The notes under the pieces: model-generated | What the model was told of the DNA's origin: nothing | Database searches by the model: none | Seen by the model: only the letters and a program-made list of their open reading frames with translations | Shown: piece after piece, positions 33,903 through 48,426 of the stretch | Position numbering within the stretch: position 1 is the stretch's first letter | Layout of the letters: each line of letters opens with the position of its first letter | Translations under genes and position numbers: made by a program | Source: an uncultured Gemmatimonadaceae bacterium | Lineage (GTDB): Bacteria > Gemmatimonadota > Gemmatimonadetes > Gemmatimonadales > Gemmatimonadaceae | Length of the DNA: 64,000 bases | Reading direction: 5' to 3' | Assembly (NCBI GenBank): GCA_963751275.1 | Contig: CAVVTZ010000009.1 | Location: 640,001-704,000 of the forward strand

Positions 33903-35931
33903 TTATTTTCTGGCGGTGCGGCGGAGCAGTTCCGCCTCGTCGATCGTCTCGATGCCGAGCTCGCGCGCCTTCTCGAGCTTGCTGCCTCCCTCCGCGCCGG
34001 CCACCAGGAAGGCGGTCGCCTTGCTGACGCTCGACGCGACGCGCCCGCCGTGGGCGGTCACGAGCGCGGTGGCCTGCGCGCGCGACAACGTCGGCAGCGT
34101 CCCCGTAATGACGACTGTCAGCCCCGCCAGGCCACTCCCGGACTGTTCGGCGGCGGGTTCGTCCATGCGGACGCCGGCCTTCTTCAGCTTGGCGATGAGC
34201 GCGCGCGTGCTCGGATCGCGGAAGAAGGCCGCCACCGAATGCGCGATCGTCTCGCCGATGCCGTGCACGCCGAGGATCTCCTCCTCGCTCGCGGCGGCGA
34301 GCGCGTCGAGCGAGGCGAAGTGGCGCGCGAGGAGCTGCGCCGTGCCGTCGCCCACGTGCCGGATGCCGAGCGCGTGCAGCAGCCGGCTGAGCGGCTGATG
34401 CTTCGACTCCGCGAGGGCCGCCACGAGCGCGTCGGCGCTCTTCTCGCCCAGCCGGTCGAGAGGCGCGAGCTGCTCCGCCCTGAGCGCGAATAGGTCGCCC
34501 GCATCGTGGATGAGGCCGGCCTCGAGCAGCTGCTCGATGCGCGCGTAGGAGAGCCCGCGGATGTCCATCGCGCCGCGCGACGCGAAGTGCACGAGCCCTT
34601 CGAGTTGCCGCCCCGGGCATGCCACGTTCGGGCAGTAGATGGCGACCTCCTCCTCGTCGCGCTCCACCTTCGTGCCGCACACCGGGCACTTCTTCGGCAT
34701 GATCCAGGGCTTCTCCTCGCCGGTGCGCTTGTCGGGCACGGGGCCGATCACCTGCGGGATCACATCGCCCGCGCGCTTCACCAGCACGAAGTCGCCCACG
34801 CGCAAGTCCTTCTCCGCGATCAGCTCGGCGTTGTGCAGCGTGGCGTTCTGGACCACCGTGCCGCCGATCTCCACCGGCTCGAGCACGGCGTACGGATTGA
34901 GCGCGCCGGTGCGGCCGACGTTCACGCGGATGTCGATGAGGCGGGTGGTGGCGATGTCGGGCGCGAACTTGCGCGCGATCGCCCAGCGCGGCTCGCGGCC
35001 GCCGATGTTGCCGAGTTCGTCCTGGCGCGCCAGCGAGTTCACCTTCACCACCACGCCGTCGATCCCGAAGTTCAGCTCCGCGCGCAGCTGGTGCTCCACG
35101 TGGTGCACGAATGCCACCACCTCGTCGAGCGTCGCGAAGTGCTTCCGGTGCGGTTCCACCGGCACCGACCACTTCATGAGCGTGTCGAGCAACTCGGACT
35201 GCGTCTTGAAGGGGAGCGCGCTGCCGTCGGCGGCGGCCACGGCGAACCCGAAGAAGCGCAGCGGCCGCTTGGCCGTCTCGCCGGGATCGAGCTGCCGCAG
35301 CGATCCCGCGGCGGAATTGCGCGGATTCGCGAACACCGCTTCCCCCGCGGCCGCGCGCTGCGCGTTGAGTTCCTCGAACTTGTCGAAGGGGAGATAGCAT
35401 TCGCCGCGGATCTCGACGAGCGCCGGCGGACTGGGATCGTCGAGCCGCAGCGGGATCCCGCGCACGGTGCGCAGGTTGGCGGTCACGACCTCGCCGGTCG
35501 TCCCGTTCCCGCGCGTCGCGCCGGTGATGAGCACGCCCTGCTCATAGGTGAGGCTCACCGCGGCGCCATCGATCTTGAGCTCCGCCGTGTAGCCGCCCGC
35601 CGCGCCGCGCCCGATGAGCTTCACGATGCGCTCCTCCCACGCGCGCAGCTCATCGTCGTCGAAGGCGTTGCCGAGCGAGATCATCGGCACGAGATGGTCG
35701 TGCTTCGCGAGGTGCGACGCGGGAGGCGCGCCCACGCGCTGCGTCGGCGAATCGGGGGTGCGCAGCTCCGGATGCGCCGCTTCCAATTCCTGGAGCGCGC
35801 GGAAGAGGCGGTCGTACTCGAGGTCCGAGATCTCCGGCGCGTCGAGCACGTAGTACTGATGACTCGCGCGCTCCAACGCGCGCCGCATCTCTTCCGCCCG
35901 TGCCGCCAGCGCCGCGCATCGTCTCCGCCAT
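33903..35931 (-). CDS. ligA: NAD-dependent DNA ligase (possible frameshift in the first codons)
   Basis: YYVLDAPEISD, ELKIDG, RGNG, NPRNSAAGSLRQ, VGRTG, CPVC zinc finger, HhH, BRCT (VITGTL). Confidence 0.97.
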
Positions 35932-35980
35932 GGGAGAAAGATACGCGCGATGGGGCCGTCGTGAAGCGCTTGTAGTTGGT

Positions 35981-36008
35981 GTACTAGACGCTGCCTACCA
36001 GACGCGCC
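35981..36008. repeat. Partial family A arm
   Basis: Reverse complement ggcgcgtctggtaggcagcgtctagtac matches the family A core. Confidence 0.7.
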
Positions 36009-36011
36009 TCT

Positions 36012-36815
36012 TTAGCCCTTGGCCTCTTCGCTGATCACTTCCATGGCGACTGAAACCAACCGCTCCAGTTCCTCATCCGCATGCGTGGCGAGCAGCGTCT
36101 CCGCCCACATGTGATCCTCGGCGTTGGTGTACCGGTCGATCAGCCGCCGCACGAACGCGATCAGCGCGATCCGCTGCAGCTCGCCGCGCCGCGACGTCAC
36201 CTGCGCTTCCTGCTCGTCGCGCACCGCGGCCTCGAACCGGTGCGCGTTCCGCAGCGCGTTCGCTGTGAGCGAGGCGATCACCTGGCAGAACCGCACGTCG
36301 CGGTCGTCGAACGGCGCGGCGTCGCGCTCGGTGCGCAGGAAGATCGCGCCGATCGTGGTCCCCCTCCACCGGATCGGCACCACGACGATGGAGCGGACGT
36401 TCCGCAGCGCGAGCATCATCTGCACGCCCTGGAACATCGGGTCGTTCGCGGCGTCGGGGATGAACACCGTCTCGCCGCTCGCGAACGCGCGCTTGAGCTC
36501 CGGATACCGGTCGAGGTCCACGATCAGGTTGCTGAGCGACGGGTCCTCGTACGTCGCCATGAGCCGCACATCCTGGCTCTCGCCGGCGAGGTAGATCGAG
36601 CAGCGGTCGAGGCCGAAGGTCTGGCCGAGCTTCTTGGCGATCGTCTGCAGGATGTCCACGAAATGCAGCGACGCGGAGATCTCGGTCAGGATGTCGACCA
36701 CCGCCACGAGGTGCTCGCGCTCCCGCTCGAGTTCGGCGACGCGCGCGGCGAGCCGGGTGCGCTCGTCCACGGGCGGGGCGTCGAGACTCATGGGCGTGAG
36801 GCGGGCGTGGGTCAT
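36012..36815 (-). CDS. Stand-alone GAF domain protein
   Basis: LDRCSIYL, GETVFIPDA, RSIVVVPI..RG..IGAIFL, FDDRDV; N-terminal coiled coil; no output domain. Confidence 0.82.
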   Translation of the reverse strand: MTHARLTPMSLDAPPVDERTRLAARVAELEREREHLVAVVDILTEISASLHFVDILQTIAKKLGQTFGLDRCSIYLAGESQDVRLMATYEDPSLSNLIVDLDRYPELKRAFASGETVFIPDAANDPMFQGVQMMLALRNVRSIVVVPIRWRGTTIGAIFLRTERDAAPFDDRDVRFCQVIASLTANALRNAHRFEAAVRDEQEAQVTSRRGELQRIALIAFVRRLIDRYTNAEDHMWAETLLATHADEELERLVSVAMEVISEEAKG

Positions 36816-36942
36816 GCGGTCCGGGAGTGGGTGTGGCGGAAAGCGACGGCGCCGCCGCCGGTGCTGGGCACCGGCCGCGGCGGTCCATCGCCTCACCCTT
36901 GGGACGCGCCCGCCCCGGCGTTGGTCACGCCGGACGGGGGTC

Positions 36943-37719
36943 CTACTTGTTCAGCTTCGCGAGCAGCTCCTGCGCCTGCTTCTTGTAGAACGGATCGTTG
37001 TATTCGGTGGGCTTCAGGTCGATGGCCATCTGCAGCTGCTCCTTCGCCAGCGCCTTGTCGCCCTCGTGGTTCCGGTCCATGTAGATCCCGCCGAGATCCA
37101 GGTGGTGCACGACGCGCTCCGGATCGTACTTCACCGCCTTGTTCATGTAGAACACCGCGGAATCCCAGCTCGCCTGGTTGAACACGCCGGCGCCGAGGAA
37201 CGTCTTCGCGAAGAAGCGGGTCATGCCGCTCAGGCGCATGATCTCCGCGTTCCAGCGGCCGAGGACGTGCAGCGACCCGGCGTTCATCGAGTCGAGCTTG
37301 AGCGACTCGAGCGCGTCGTTGCGGATCTCCTTCGCGTAGTGGACCCGTTCCTTGCTGCTCATGGTGAGCGACGTGCGGCCGAGTGCGCGCGCCAGCACGA
37401 ACCAGCCATCGGTGCCGGCCGGATTCACTTGCGTGGCGCGCTTGGCGTACGCCTCGCCCTCCTCGTAGTACGCTTTCTGCTGCGCTTTCGAGGTGTCGAA
37501 CTCGCCCAGCGACACCGCTTCCCGCGACGCCTTCCAGAGCGCCGCGTAGTCGTTGGAATCGATCGCGATCGCGGCCTTGTAATGGTGGTACGCGGCGGGC
37601 GCGTTCATCGCGGCGCTCGCGCTGTCGCCCTCGGCGACGTGCATGGCGGCGGTCTGCGCGCCGGCGGCGCTGGAGACGACGAGGAGCGCGGCCGCGGCCG
37701 CGAGGTGGCGCGTGAGCAT
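36943..37719 (-). CDS. Secreted TPR-like helical repeat protein
   Basis: Signal peptide ending AGA-Q; ALWKASR, HVLGRW and KAVKYDP helical repeats. Confidence 0.78.
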   Translation of the reverse strand: MLTRHLAAAAALLVVSSAAGAQTAAMHVAEGDSASAAMNAPAAYHHYKAAIAIDSNDYAALWKASREAVSLGEFDTSKAQQKAYYEEGEAYAKRATQVNPAGTDGWFVLARALGRTSLTMSSKERVHYAKEIRNDALESLKLDSMNAGSLHVLGRWNAEIMRLSGMTRFFAKTFLGAGVFNQASWDSAVFYMNKAVKYDPERVVHHLDLGGIYMDRNHEGDKALAKEQLQMAIDLKPTEYNDPFYKKQAQELLAKLNK

Positions 37720-37819
37720 GGAATCTCCGACATTGGGGTTCGCGCCGCGGCCGCTCGAACGCCTCCGCGCGCGCGTCGTGATCAGGCATTCAAGCTAGGA
37801 CTACCCCGGACCGCGGTCA

Positions 37820-39151
37820 ATGATCGTCACCCGTCTCATCGAGAAGAAGCGCGACGGCTCGCGACTCGACGACGCCGAGTGGCGCGCGTTCATCGCGGCG
37901 TACGCCGCCGGCAATGTGCCCGACTATCAGATGGCCGCGTTCCTCATGGCCGCGTTCCTGCGCGGACTCGACGCGGGGGAGACCGCCGCGCTCACCGAGG
38001 CGATGCTCGACAGCGGCGCGCGCCTCGATCTCGCGCACCTGAAGGCGAAGCGCGTCGACAAGCATTCCACCGGCGGCGTGGGCGACAAGGTGTCGCTCGT
38101 GCTCGCCCCGCTCGTCGCGTCGCTCGGCGTGGCGGTGCCGATGATGTCCGGCCGCGGGCTCGGCCACACCGGCGGCACCCTCGACAAGCTCGAAGCGATC
38201 CCCGGATTCCGCACCGCGCTCACCCTCGCCGCCGCGCGCGCGCAGGTCGAGCGCATCGGCTGCGCGCTGCTCGGGCAGACCCGGGAGATCGCGCCGGCGG
38301 ACCAGAAGATGTACGCGCTGCGCGACGCGACCTCCACCGTCGAGAGCATCCCGCTCATCGCCGCGAGCATCATGAGCAAGAAGATGGCGGAGGGACTGAA
38401 CGGCCTCGTGATCGACGTGAAGCGCGGATCGGGATCGTTCCTGCCCACCCTCGAACAAGGCGCCGAGCTCGCGCGCGTGATGATCGCGCTCGGCGCGGCG
38501 CACGGCTGCGAGGTGGTCGCGCTGATGACCGCGATGGACCGGCCGCTGGGCCGCGCGTGCGGCACGGCGCTCGAGACCGAGGAGGCGATCCTCGCGCTGC
38601 GCGGCGAGGGACCGCCCGATCTCATGGAAGTGACCTACGCGCTGGGCGCCGAGATGCTCATCCTGGGCGGCGTGGCCGCGAACGCCGATCAGGCGCGCCG
38701 GCAGATGGAGGTCGCGATCTCGAACGGGAAGGCGGCGGAGAAATTCCAGGCGATCATCGAGGCGCAGGACGGCAACCCGGCGGTGGTCGATGATCCCGCG
38801 TTGCTGCCGCAGGCCGAGGCGTGCGAACTGTTCGAGGCACCGCGCCGCGGATTCGTGGCGCGCGTCGAACCGCGCGCGGTTGGGCGCGGCATCGTCGCGC
38901 TCGGCGGCGGGCGCCTGAAGATGGAAGACGAAGTGGATCCGGCGGTCGGCTTCGTGATCAGCGCGAAGCCCGGCGACTGGGTGGAAGCGGGCGAGCCGCT
39001 CGCGACGATCTTCGCGAAGGACGCGGCCGGCGTGACGGCGGGACGCGCGGCGCTCACGGAGGCGATCGTGATCGCGGATGAGGCGGAACCGCCGCTGGCG
39101 CTCATTTCACACCGGGTCACGAGCGCGGGGGTCACGCCGTACGAGCGCTGA
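37820..39151 (+). CDS. deoA: Thymidine/pyrimidine-nucleoside phosphorylase
   Basis: KKRDG, DYQMAA, DKHSTGGVGDK, MSGRGLGHTGGTLDKLE, SIMSKK. Confidence 0.93.
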   Translation: MIVTRLIEKKRDGSRLDDAEWRAFIAAYAAGNVPDYQMAAFLMAAFLRGLDAGETAALTEAMLDSGARLDLAHLKAKRVDKHSTGGVGDKVSLVLAPLVASLGVAVPMMSGRGLGHTGGTLDKLEAIPGFRTALTLAAARAQVERIGCALLGQTREIAPADQKMYALRDATSTVESIPLIAASIMSKKMAEGLNGLVIDVKRGSGSFLPTLEQGAELARVMIALGAAHGCEVVALMTAMDRPLGRACGTALETEEAILALRGEGPPDLMEVTYALGAEMLILGGVAANADQARRQMEVAISNGKAAEKFQAIIEAQDGNPAVVDDPALLPQAEACELFEAPRRGFVARVEPRAVGRGIVALGGGRLKMEDEVDPAVGFVISAKPGDWVEAGEPLATIFAKDAAGVTAGRAALTEAIVIADEAEPPLALISHRVTSAGVTPYER

Positions 39152-39158
39152 GATTCGA

Positions 39159-39348
39159 ACCGCGATAGTGGCACCCCGAACTCCGTTCTTGGTCCCCCGA
39201 ACTCCGCACTTGGCAATTGAGGTGTGGTAAGTGCTTCTGCGTCCTTGGCATCGCATTCCAATCGCGCCCGAGCCGTGGCCACACGTCAATCGCCACACTG
39301 CGGAGTTCGGGGGACCAAGAACGGAGTTCGGGGTGCCACCAACGCGGT
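39159..39348. repeat. MITE/REP-like element with perfect 41-bp inverted repeats (39168-39208 / 39299-39339)
   Basis: gtggcaccccgaactccgttcttggtcccccgaactccgca and its exact reverse complement. Confidence 0.9.
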
Positions 39349-39349
39349 A

Positions 39350-40807
39350 TTAGGCCGTGGCAGGCCCAATGTCCACGCGGATCCCTCTCCACTTTCCCTG
39401 CCGAAAGCGGATCATGCTCAGCGCGCAGCGCGTGGCGTGCCCCGTGAGGATGGCCAGCCAGATGTTGATCGGTTGCAGCGTGCCCGTGTGCTTGATCACG
39501 AAGCAGATGCCGAGCGGCACCACCACCTGGGAGACGATGGAGATATAGAGGGGGCTCTTGGTGTCGCCGGTGCCCTGCAGGCCGCCGGTGTACGTGAGCG
39601 CCACCGCGATGAACAATCCGGAGACGCTGAGCACCTTCAGCAGCTGCGTGCCGATCGCGACGACCTCGGGCGAGTTGAGCCCGAAGATCGCGAGCAGCTG
39701 CGCGGGGAAGAAGAAGAAGAACAGCCCCACGAACGACGCGCCGGCGAACGCGATGCGCGCCGCGACGTGCACGGCGTGGTCCGCGCGGTCGGGCTTGCCC
39801 GCGCCCAGGTTCTGTCCGGCCACCGCGGCCGCGGCGCCCATGAGCCCCACCGACGTCCACGTCACGAGCGAGAAGAGCTCCGAATATGAGACGGCGAACG
39901 CCGCCTGCGCCGCGGCGCTCTGCGCGAGCGAGCCGATGAACGAGAGCATGAACACGCCGCCGATGTTCATCGCGATCCCCTGGATCCCGGTGGGCAGGCC
40001 GAAGCGGAAGAGCGAGCGGATGATCGCCCAGTCGGGCGCGAAGCCGCTGTGCTTCGGGAAACGCACGACCCAGCCGCCGGTCCACAGCTTGTAGAGCGCG
40101 TAGATGGCGATGACGCCCGACGACGTGCACGTGCCCATCGCCGCGCCGGCGGTGCCGAACGCGGGGATCGGGCCGAGCCCGCGAATGAGGATCACGTTGA
40201 GCCCGATGTTCAGCGCGGTCATCACGATGCCGAGCACCATGGGCGTGCGCGCGTCGCCGGCGGAACGCAGCGCGACGCCGAGCATGAAGAAGATCAGCAT
40301 GCCCGTGCTGAAGGAGAACATGATGCGCAGGAAGGGCAGGGCCTGCGCCTTCACCGCGGGCGCGGCGTTCACGAGGTCCAGCAGCCACGGCGATGCGAGA
40401 TAGCCGACGGGCGCCATGATGAGCAGGGAGATCATCACCGCCGTGAGGAACGCCTGGTAGACCGTGCGGTCCACCTTGTCGACGTGGCCCGCGCCGGCGA
40501 AGCGCGAGACGAGCACGCTCATCCCGGTGAAGAGCGATGAGATGAACACGATCACGACGAGGAAGATCTGCCACGAGACGCCGATCGCGGCATTGCCGGT
40601 GAAGCCCACGTAGTGGCCCACCATGATGTGATCGATGATCCCTTGCAGGCCGCCGATGATGTTCTGGATCATCGTGGGCCACGCGATCTTCCAGACCGCG
40701 GGCACGAGCGGGCCCTCGACGATGGAGCGGTCGTACTTCCGCGCCGCGGGAGCGGCGGGCGGCGCCTCCGTCACATCGAGGTCGGCGGCGGGTGTCGGAT
40801 CGGCCAT
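39350..40807 (-). CDS. MATE family efflux transporter
   Basis: About 12 TM; IAWP...DHIMVG, RSAGDARTPM, GTAGAA, GQNLGAGK, GTGDTKSPL. Confidence 0.93.
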   Translation of the reverse strand: MADPTPAADLDVTEAPPAAPAARKYDRSIVEGPLVPAVWKIAWPTMIQNIIGGLQGIIDHIMVGHYVGFTGNAAIGVSWQIFLVVIVFISSLFTGMSVLVSRFAGAGHVDKVDRTVYQAFLTAVMISLLIMAPVGYLASPWLLDLVNAAPAVKAQALPFLRIMFSFSTGMLIFFMLGVALRSAGDARTPMVLGIVMTALNIGLNVILIRGLGPIPAFGTAGAAMGTCTSSGVIAIYALYKLWTGGWVVRFPKHSGFAPDWAIIRSLFRFGLPTGIQGIAMNIGGVFMLSFIGSLAQSAAAQAAFAVSYSELFSLVTWTSVGLMGAAAAVAGQNLGAGKPDRADHAVHVAARIAFAGASFVGLFFFFFPAQLLAIFGLNSPEVVAIGTQLLKVLSVSGLFIAVALTYTGGLQGTGDTKSPLYISIVSQVVVPLGICFVIKHTGTLQPINIWLAILTGHATRCALSMIRFRQGKWRGIRVDIGPATA

Positions 40808-40845
40808 TCGGTCAGTGTAAGGGGGAGGTCACGTGGCCACAACAA

Positions 40846-40917
40846 CAGGGGAAACGGGAAACGGGAAACGGGACAGCCTCGGAATGGAGGGCCCGTTTCC
40901 CGTTTCCCGTTTCCCTG
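40846..40917. terminator. Hairpin with (GGGAAAC)3 / (GTTTCCC)3 arms downstream of gyrB
   Basis: gggaaacgggaaacgggaaacggg...cccgtttcccgtttcccgtttccc. Confidence 0.75.
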
Positions 40918-40931
40918 GTTGCCGTTCGGTT

Positions 40932-42868
<1,937 letters not shown>

Positions 42869-42971
42869 TTCACCCTTGATTCAGCGGGATGGGACTACCC
42901 GATGACAGACCGAAGCCCGGCCGCCCGGGCAACCTCTATAATCTAACCTGAAATCCTAGCACTTCAACGGT

Positions 42972-45228
<2,257 letters not shown>

Positions 45229-45329
45229 GCGCAGCGCTCGGGCCGAAGGAGGGATCGTCGCGGGCCGGCCGGAAATCTAACCGCCGCGGCGCGCTCCCGC
45301 CTCGCGCGGCGGCGCGGTACGTTACGGTC

Positions 45330-46823
45330 ATGACGCCCACGGGCCAGGTGCTCACGATCGATGAAGGCACGACCGGGTGCACCGCGCTCATGGTGGCCGC
45401 CGATGGCCGCGTCACGGGGCGCGGCTACCGCGAGATCGCGCAATTCTATCCGCAGCCCGGCTGGGTGGAGCACGACGCGGCCGACATCCTCGACCGCACG
45501 CTCGAGGCGGCGCGCGACGCGGTGGCGCAGGCCGGTGCGGCGCCGGCGGCGATCGGGATCACCAACCAGCGCGAGACGGTGGTGCTCTGGGAGCGGAGCA
45601 CCGGCAAGCCGGTCGCGCGCGCCATCGTCTGGCAGGACCGGCGCACCGCGGCGCGCTGCGCCGAGCTCGCGCCGCGCGCGGAGGAGATCGCGCGCCGCAC
45701 CGGGCTCGTGCTCGACCCGTATTTCTCCGCCACGAAACTCGAGTGGCTGCTCGCGCGCGGCGATCTCGCCGCGCGCGCCGCCCGCGGCGAGCTCGCGTTC
45801 GGCACCATCGATGCGTGGCTCATCTGGCAGCTCACCGGCGGACGCGTGCACGCCACCGATTTCACCAATGCGTCGCGCACGATGCTGTTCGACATCGAGC
45901 GGCGCACGTGGAGCGCCGAGTTGTGCGAGCTGTTCGGCGTGGATGCGTCCTTGCTGCCGGATGTCCGGGCGTCGGCGGGCGATTTCGGCGCCGCGCGCGG
46001 CGAACTGTTCGGCCTCGGCGGCACGATCCCGATCCGCGGTGTCGCGGGCGACCAGCAGGCGGCGCTCTTCGGGCAGGGCTGCTGGCGCGCCGGCGAAGGG
46101 AAGAACACGTACGGCACCGGCGCGTTCCTGCTGATGAACGCGGGCGCGCGGCGCCCCGCCGGCGGCGCGGGATTGCTCACGACGCTCGCGTGCGATGCGG
46201 CCGGCGCGCCCGTCTTCGCGCTCGAAGGCTCGATCTTCATCGCCGGCGCCGCCGTCCAATGGCTGCGCGATGGACTCGGCCTCGTCGGAGACGCGCGCGA
46301 GACCGAGGCGCTCGCGCGGTCGCTCGCGTCGAACGACGGCGTGTATTTCGTCCCGGCGCTCACGGGGCTCGGCGCGCCGCACTGGGATGCCGCGGCGCGC
46401 GGCACGATCGTGGGCCTCACGCGCGGCACCACGCGCGCGCACTTCGCCCGCGCCGCGCTCGAGGCGATGGCCTTCGGCACCGCCGAGGTGCTCGGCGTCA
46501 TGCGCGAACGCAGCGGCGCGCCGTTCGACGTGCTGCGCGTGGATGGCGGCGCGAGCGCGAACGGCTGGCTGATGCAGTTCCAGGCGGATGTGCTCGGCGT
46601 GCCGGTGGAACGTCCGCTGCTCGTGGAATCCACCGCGCTCGGCGCCGCCGGCCTCGCGGGGACGGCGGCCGGCGTCTGGCCGCACGCCGAGGCGTTCCTC
46701 GCGACGCGCCGCTTCGACCGCTTCGTGCCGGGTGCGGGGTCGCAGGCCGCGCAGGATGCGGTGGCGGGATGGGATCGCGCCGTGCGCGCGGCCCTCACGT
46801 GGGCGCGGGACGGCGCTTCGTGA
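45330..46823 (+). CDS. glpK: Glycerol kinase
   Basis: IDEGTTG, GITNQRET, WQDRRT, YFSATKL, GDQQAALFG, KNTYGTG, VDGG. Confidence 0.95.
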   Translation: MTPTGQVLTIDEGTTGCTALMVAADGRVTGRGYREIAQFYPQPGWVEHDAADILDRTLEAARDAVAQAGAAPAAIGITNQRETVVLWERSTGKPVARAIVWQDRRTAARCAELAPRAEEIARRTGLVLDPYFSATKLEWLLARGDLAARAARGELAFGTIDAWLIWQLTGGRVHATDFTNASRTMLFDIERRTWSAELCELFGVDASLLPDVRASAGDFGAARGELFGLGGTIPIRGVAGDQQAALFGQGCWRAGEGKNTYGTGAFLLMNAGARRPAGGAGLLTTLACDAAGAPVFALEGSIFIAGAAVQWLRDGLGLVGDARETEALARSLASNDGVYFVPALTGLGAPHWDAAARGTIVGLTRGTTRAHFARAALEAMAFGTAEVLGVMRERSGAPFDVLRVDGGASANGWLMQFQADVLGVPVERPLLVESTALGAAGLAGTAAGVWPHAEAFLATRRFDRFVPGAGSQAAQDAVAGWDRAVRAALTWARDGAS

Positions 46824-46932
46824 CCCCGCTGCGGGCGCCCTCGTCGTTCTGCGGTGCCTCGCGCTGCCTCTCCGGCAGGCAGGGTGCCGGCCGGCCCGAC
46901 CGCCGGCCACTCGAACCGGGAACGCACTCCGC

Positions 46933-47181
46933 ATGGCTGACACCACGAGAAAGGCTGCTGCGTCGAAGACCGAGCCGACCACCGACCGGCGCATCGCCGC
47001 AGACCGCCGTTCCAATGAGGTCCTTCGCACGTTGGTCGGCGAGATGCTCGAGCGCGTTCGCGATCTCAGCCGGCGCACCGCGGCATGGAGTCCGGAGGAG
47101 CGCGCGCAGGCCGAAGCCGAGCTCGAAGCGATCATGGCGAGCGTGCGTCGCGAAGCGACCAGCTCGCGCGATCACCAGTAG
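46933..47181 (+). CDS. Small helical hypothetical protein
   Basis: 82 aa with DRR..DRR and amphipathic helices. Confidence 0.6.
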   Translation: MADTTRKAAASKTEPTTDRRIAADRRSNEVLRTLVGEMLERVRDLSRRTAAWSPEERAQAEAELEAIMASVRREATSSRDHQ

Positions 47182-47208
47182 TCCGATCGTTCGGACGGAC
47201 GGCCTCCG

Positions 47209-48426
47209 ATGACGGCGGCCGGTGAACTCGCGCTGTGGGCGGCGCTGCTGATCGCGGCGTGGGGAGCGGCCGCCGGCTCGCCGCTGTTCGCCGCGGGGTC
47301 GCGGCCGCACGGCGGCGCATTCTCCGAGAGCGCGCGCCGCGCGCTCTGGGCCGCGGCGCTCCTCCTCGCCGTGGCGGTGGCGGGCGTCGCCGCGATGCTC
47401 CTCGCGCCGGATCCCACCTTCTCGTTCGCGCTCTCGTCAGTGAGCGCGCGCATGCCGCCGGCGTACCGCCTCGCGGCGATGATGATGCGGCTGCGCGGCG
47501 AACTGTTGCTGGTCGCGTTCGGCACGGCGTTCCTTGGCGCCATCGCATCGCGGCGCGCGGCCGCACCGCTCCAGGCGATCCTCTGCGGCGTCGTGCTGGT
47601 GCTCGCGGGGCTGCCGGTGATCGCCGGTGCGAGTCCGTACGCGCGCGCCGGCGACGTGCCGTCGCTCGCCGCGGGGATCGCGCCCGTGTGGCAGGCGCAT
47701 TTCCCGCCGCTCGCGCGCTTCGCGCTGCTGGCGGTCGCGTCGCTGGTGATCGTCGCTGCGGCCGTCACCGCGAGCCGCCGGCGCGCGCGGAACTGGTGGC
47801 TCGCCGCGTGGGGGATCGGCGCGCTCGCGCTCGTGCTCTCCCTGCGCGCGTCGCTCACCGGCAAGCCGTGGAACTGGTTGGACTGGGCGATCGCGGGCGC
47901 CTGGCTCGTGCTCGGCGTATGGCTGCACGTGCGCCGCGGGCGCGCGACGCTCTCCGCGTATCTCGTGCGCGCGGGTGCGGTCATCGCGCTCGCGGCGCTC
48001 GCGGGGGCGATGATGCGCGCGGACCACCGCGTCGTACTCGTGGCGGCGGACAGCGCGGCATTGAAGGATCCGCTCGGCGCCGAATGGCGATTCACGAGCG
48101 AGGGCCTGTCGCTCTACGATGAGCGCAACCGCCAGGCGGCGGTGGTGCTCGTGACCGCGCGCCAGGGTGCGCGGGTGCGCCGCGAGCGCGTGGAGTACCG
48201 TCAGTACATTGATGACAATGACGCGCCGCTCGGCGGCGAGGTGCGGGTGGCCGGCTTCTTCCCCGGCGCGGTCACCTCCACCGTCATCGCGTTCGCCGAG
48301 GAGCCGGCGAAGGATCGCGTCACGCTGCTCGTGCGCTTCGTGCCGCTATTCGCGTGGTGGTGGGCCGCCGCTCTCCTGATGGTGGCGGGCGCCGCCGCCG
48401 GCATCCGTCCGGAGGGATCCGCGTGA
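47209..48426 (+). CDS. Membrane protein, degenerate CcmF-like
   Basis: TM pattern and remnants of CcmF motifs (ARRA, MPPAYRLAA..RGELLL, SPY, C-terminal PLFAWWWAAALLM). Confidence 0.55.
   Translation: MTAAGELALWAALLIAAWGAAAGSPLFAAGSRPHGGAFSESARRALWAAALLLAVAVAGVAAMLLAPDPTFSFALSSVSARMPPAYRLAAMMMRLRGELLLVAFGTAFLGAIASRRAAAPLQAILCGVVLVLAGLPVIAGASPYARAGDVPSLAAGIAPVWQAHFPPLARFALLAVASLVIVAAAVTASRRRARNWWLAAWGIGALALVLSLRASLTGKPWNWLDWAIAGAWLVLGVWLHVRRGRATLSAYLVRAGAVIALAALAGAMMRADHRVVLVAADSAALKDPLGAEWRFTSEGLSLYDERNRQAAVVLVTARQGARVRRERVEYRQYIDDNDAPLGGEVRVAGFFPGAVTSTVIAFAEEPAKDRVTLLVRFVPLFAWWWAAALLMVAGAAAGIRPEGSA

Noticed and set aside
33322..35400. ORF suggesting a ligA-V4R fusion
   Set aside because: ligA stops at 33903. 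The long ORF is an off-frame read that enters the V4R N-terminus.
42870..42971. Replication origin near recF/gyrB
   Set aside because: The stretch is short, has no DnaA-box cluster, and no dnaA is present; it is more likely the gyrB promoter.
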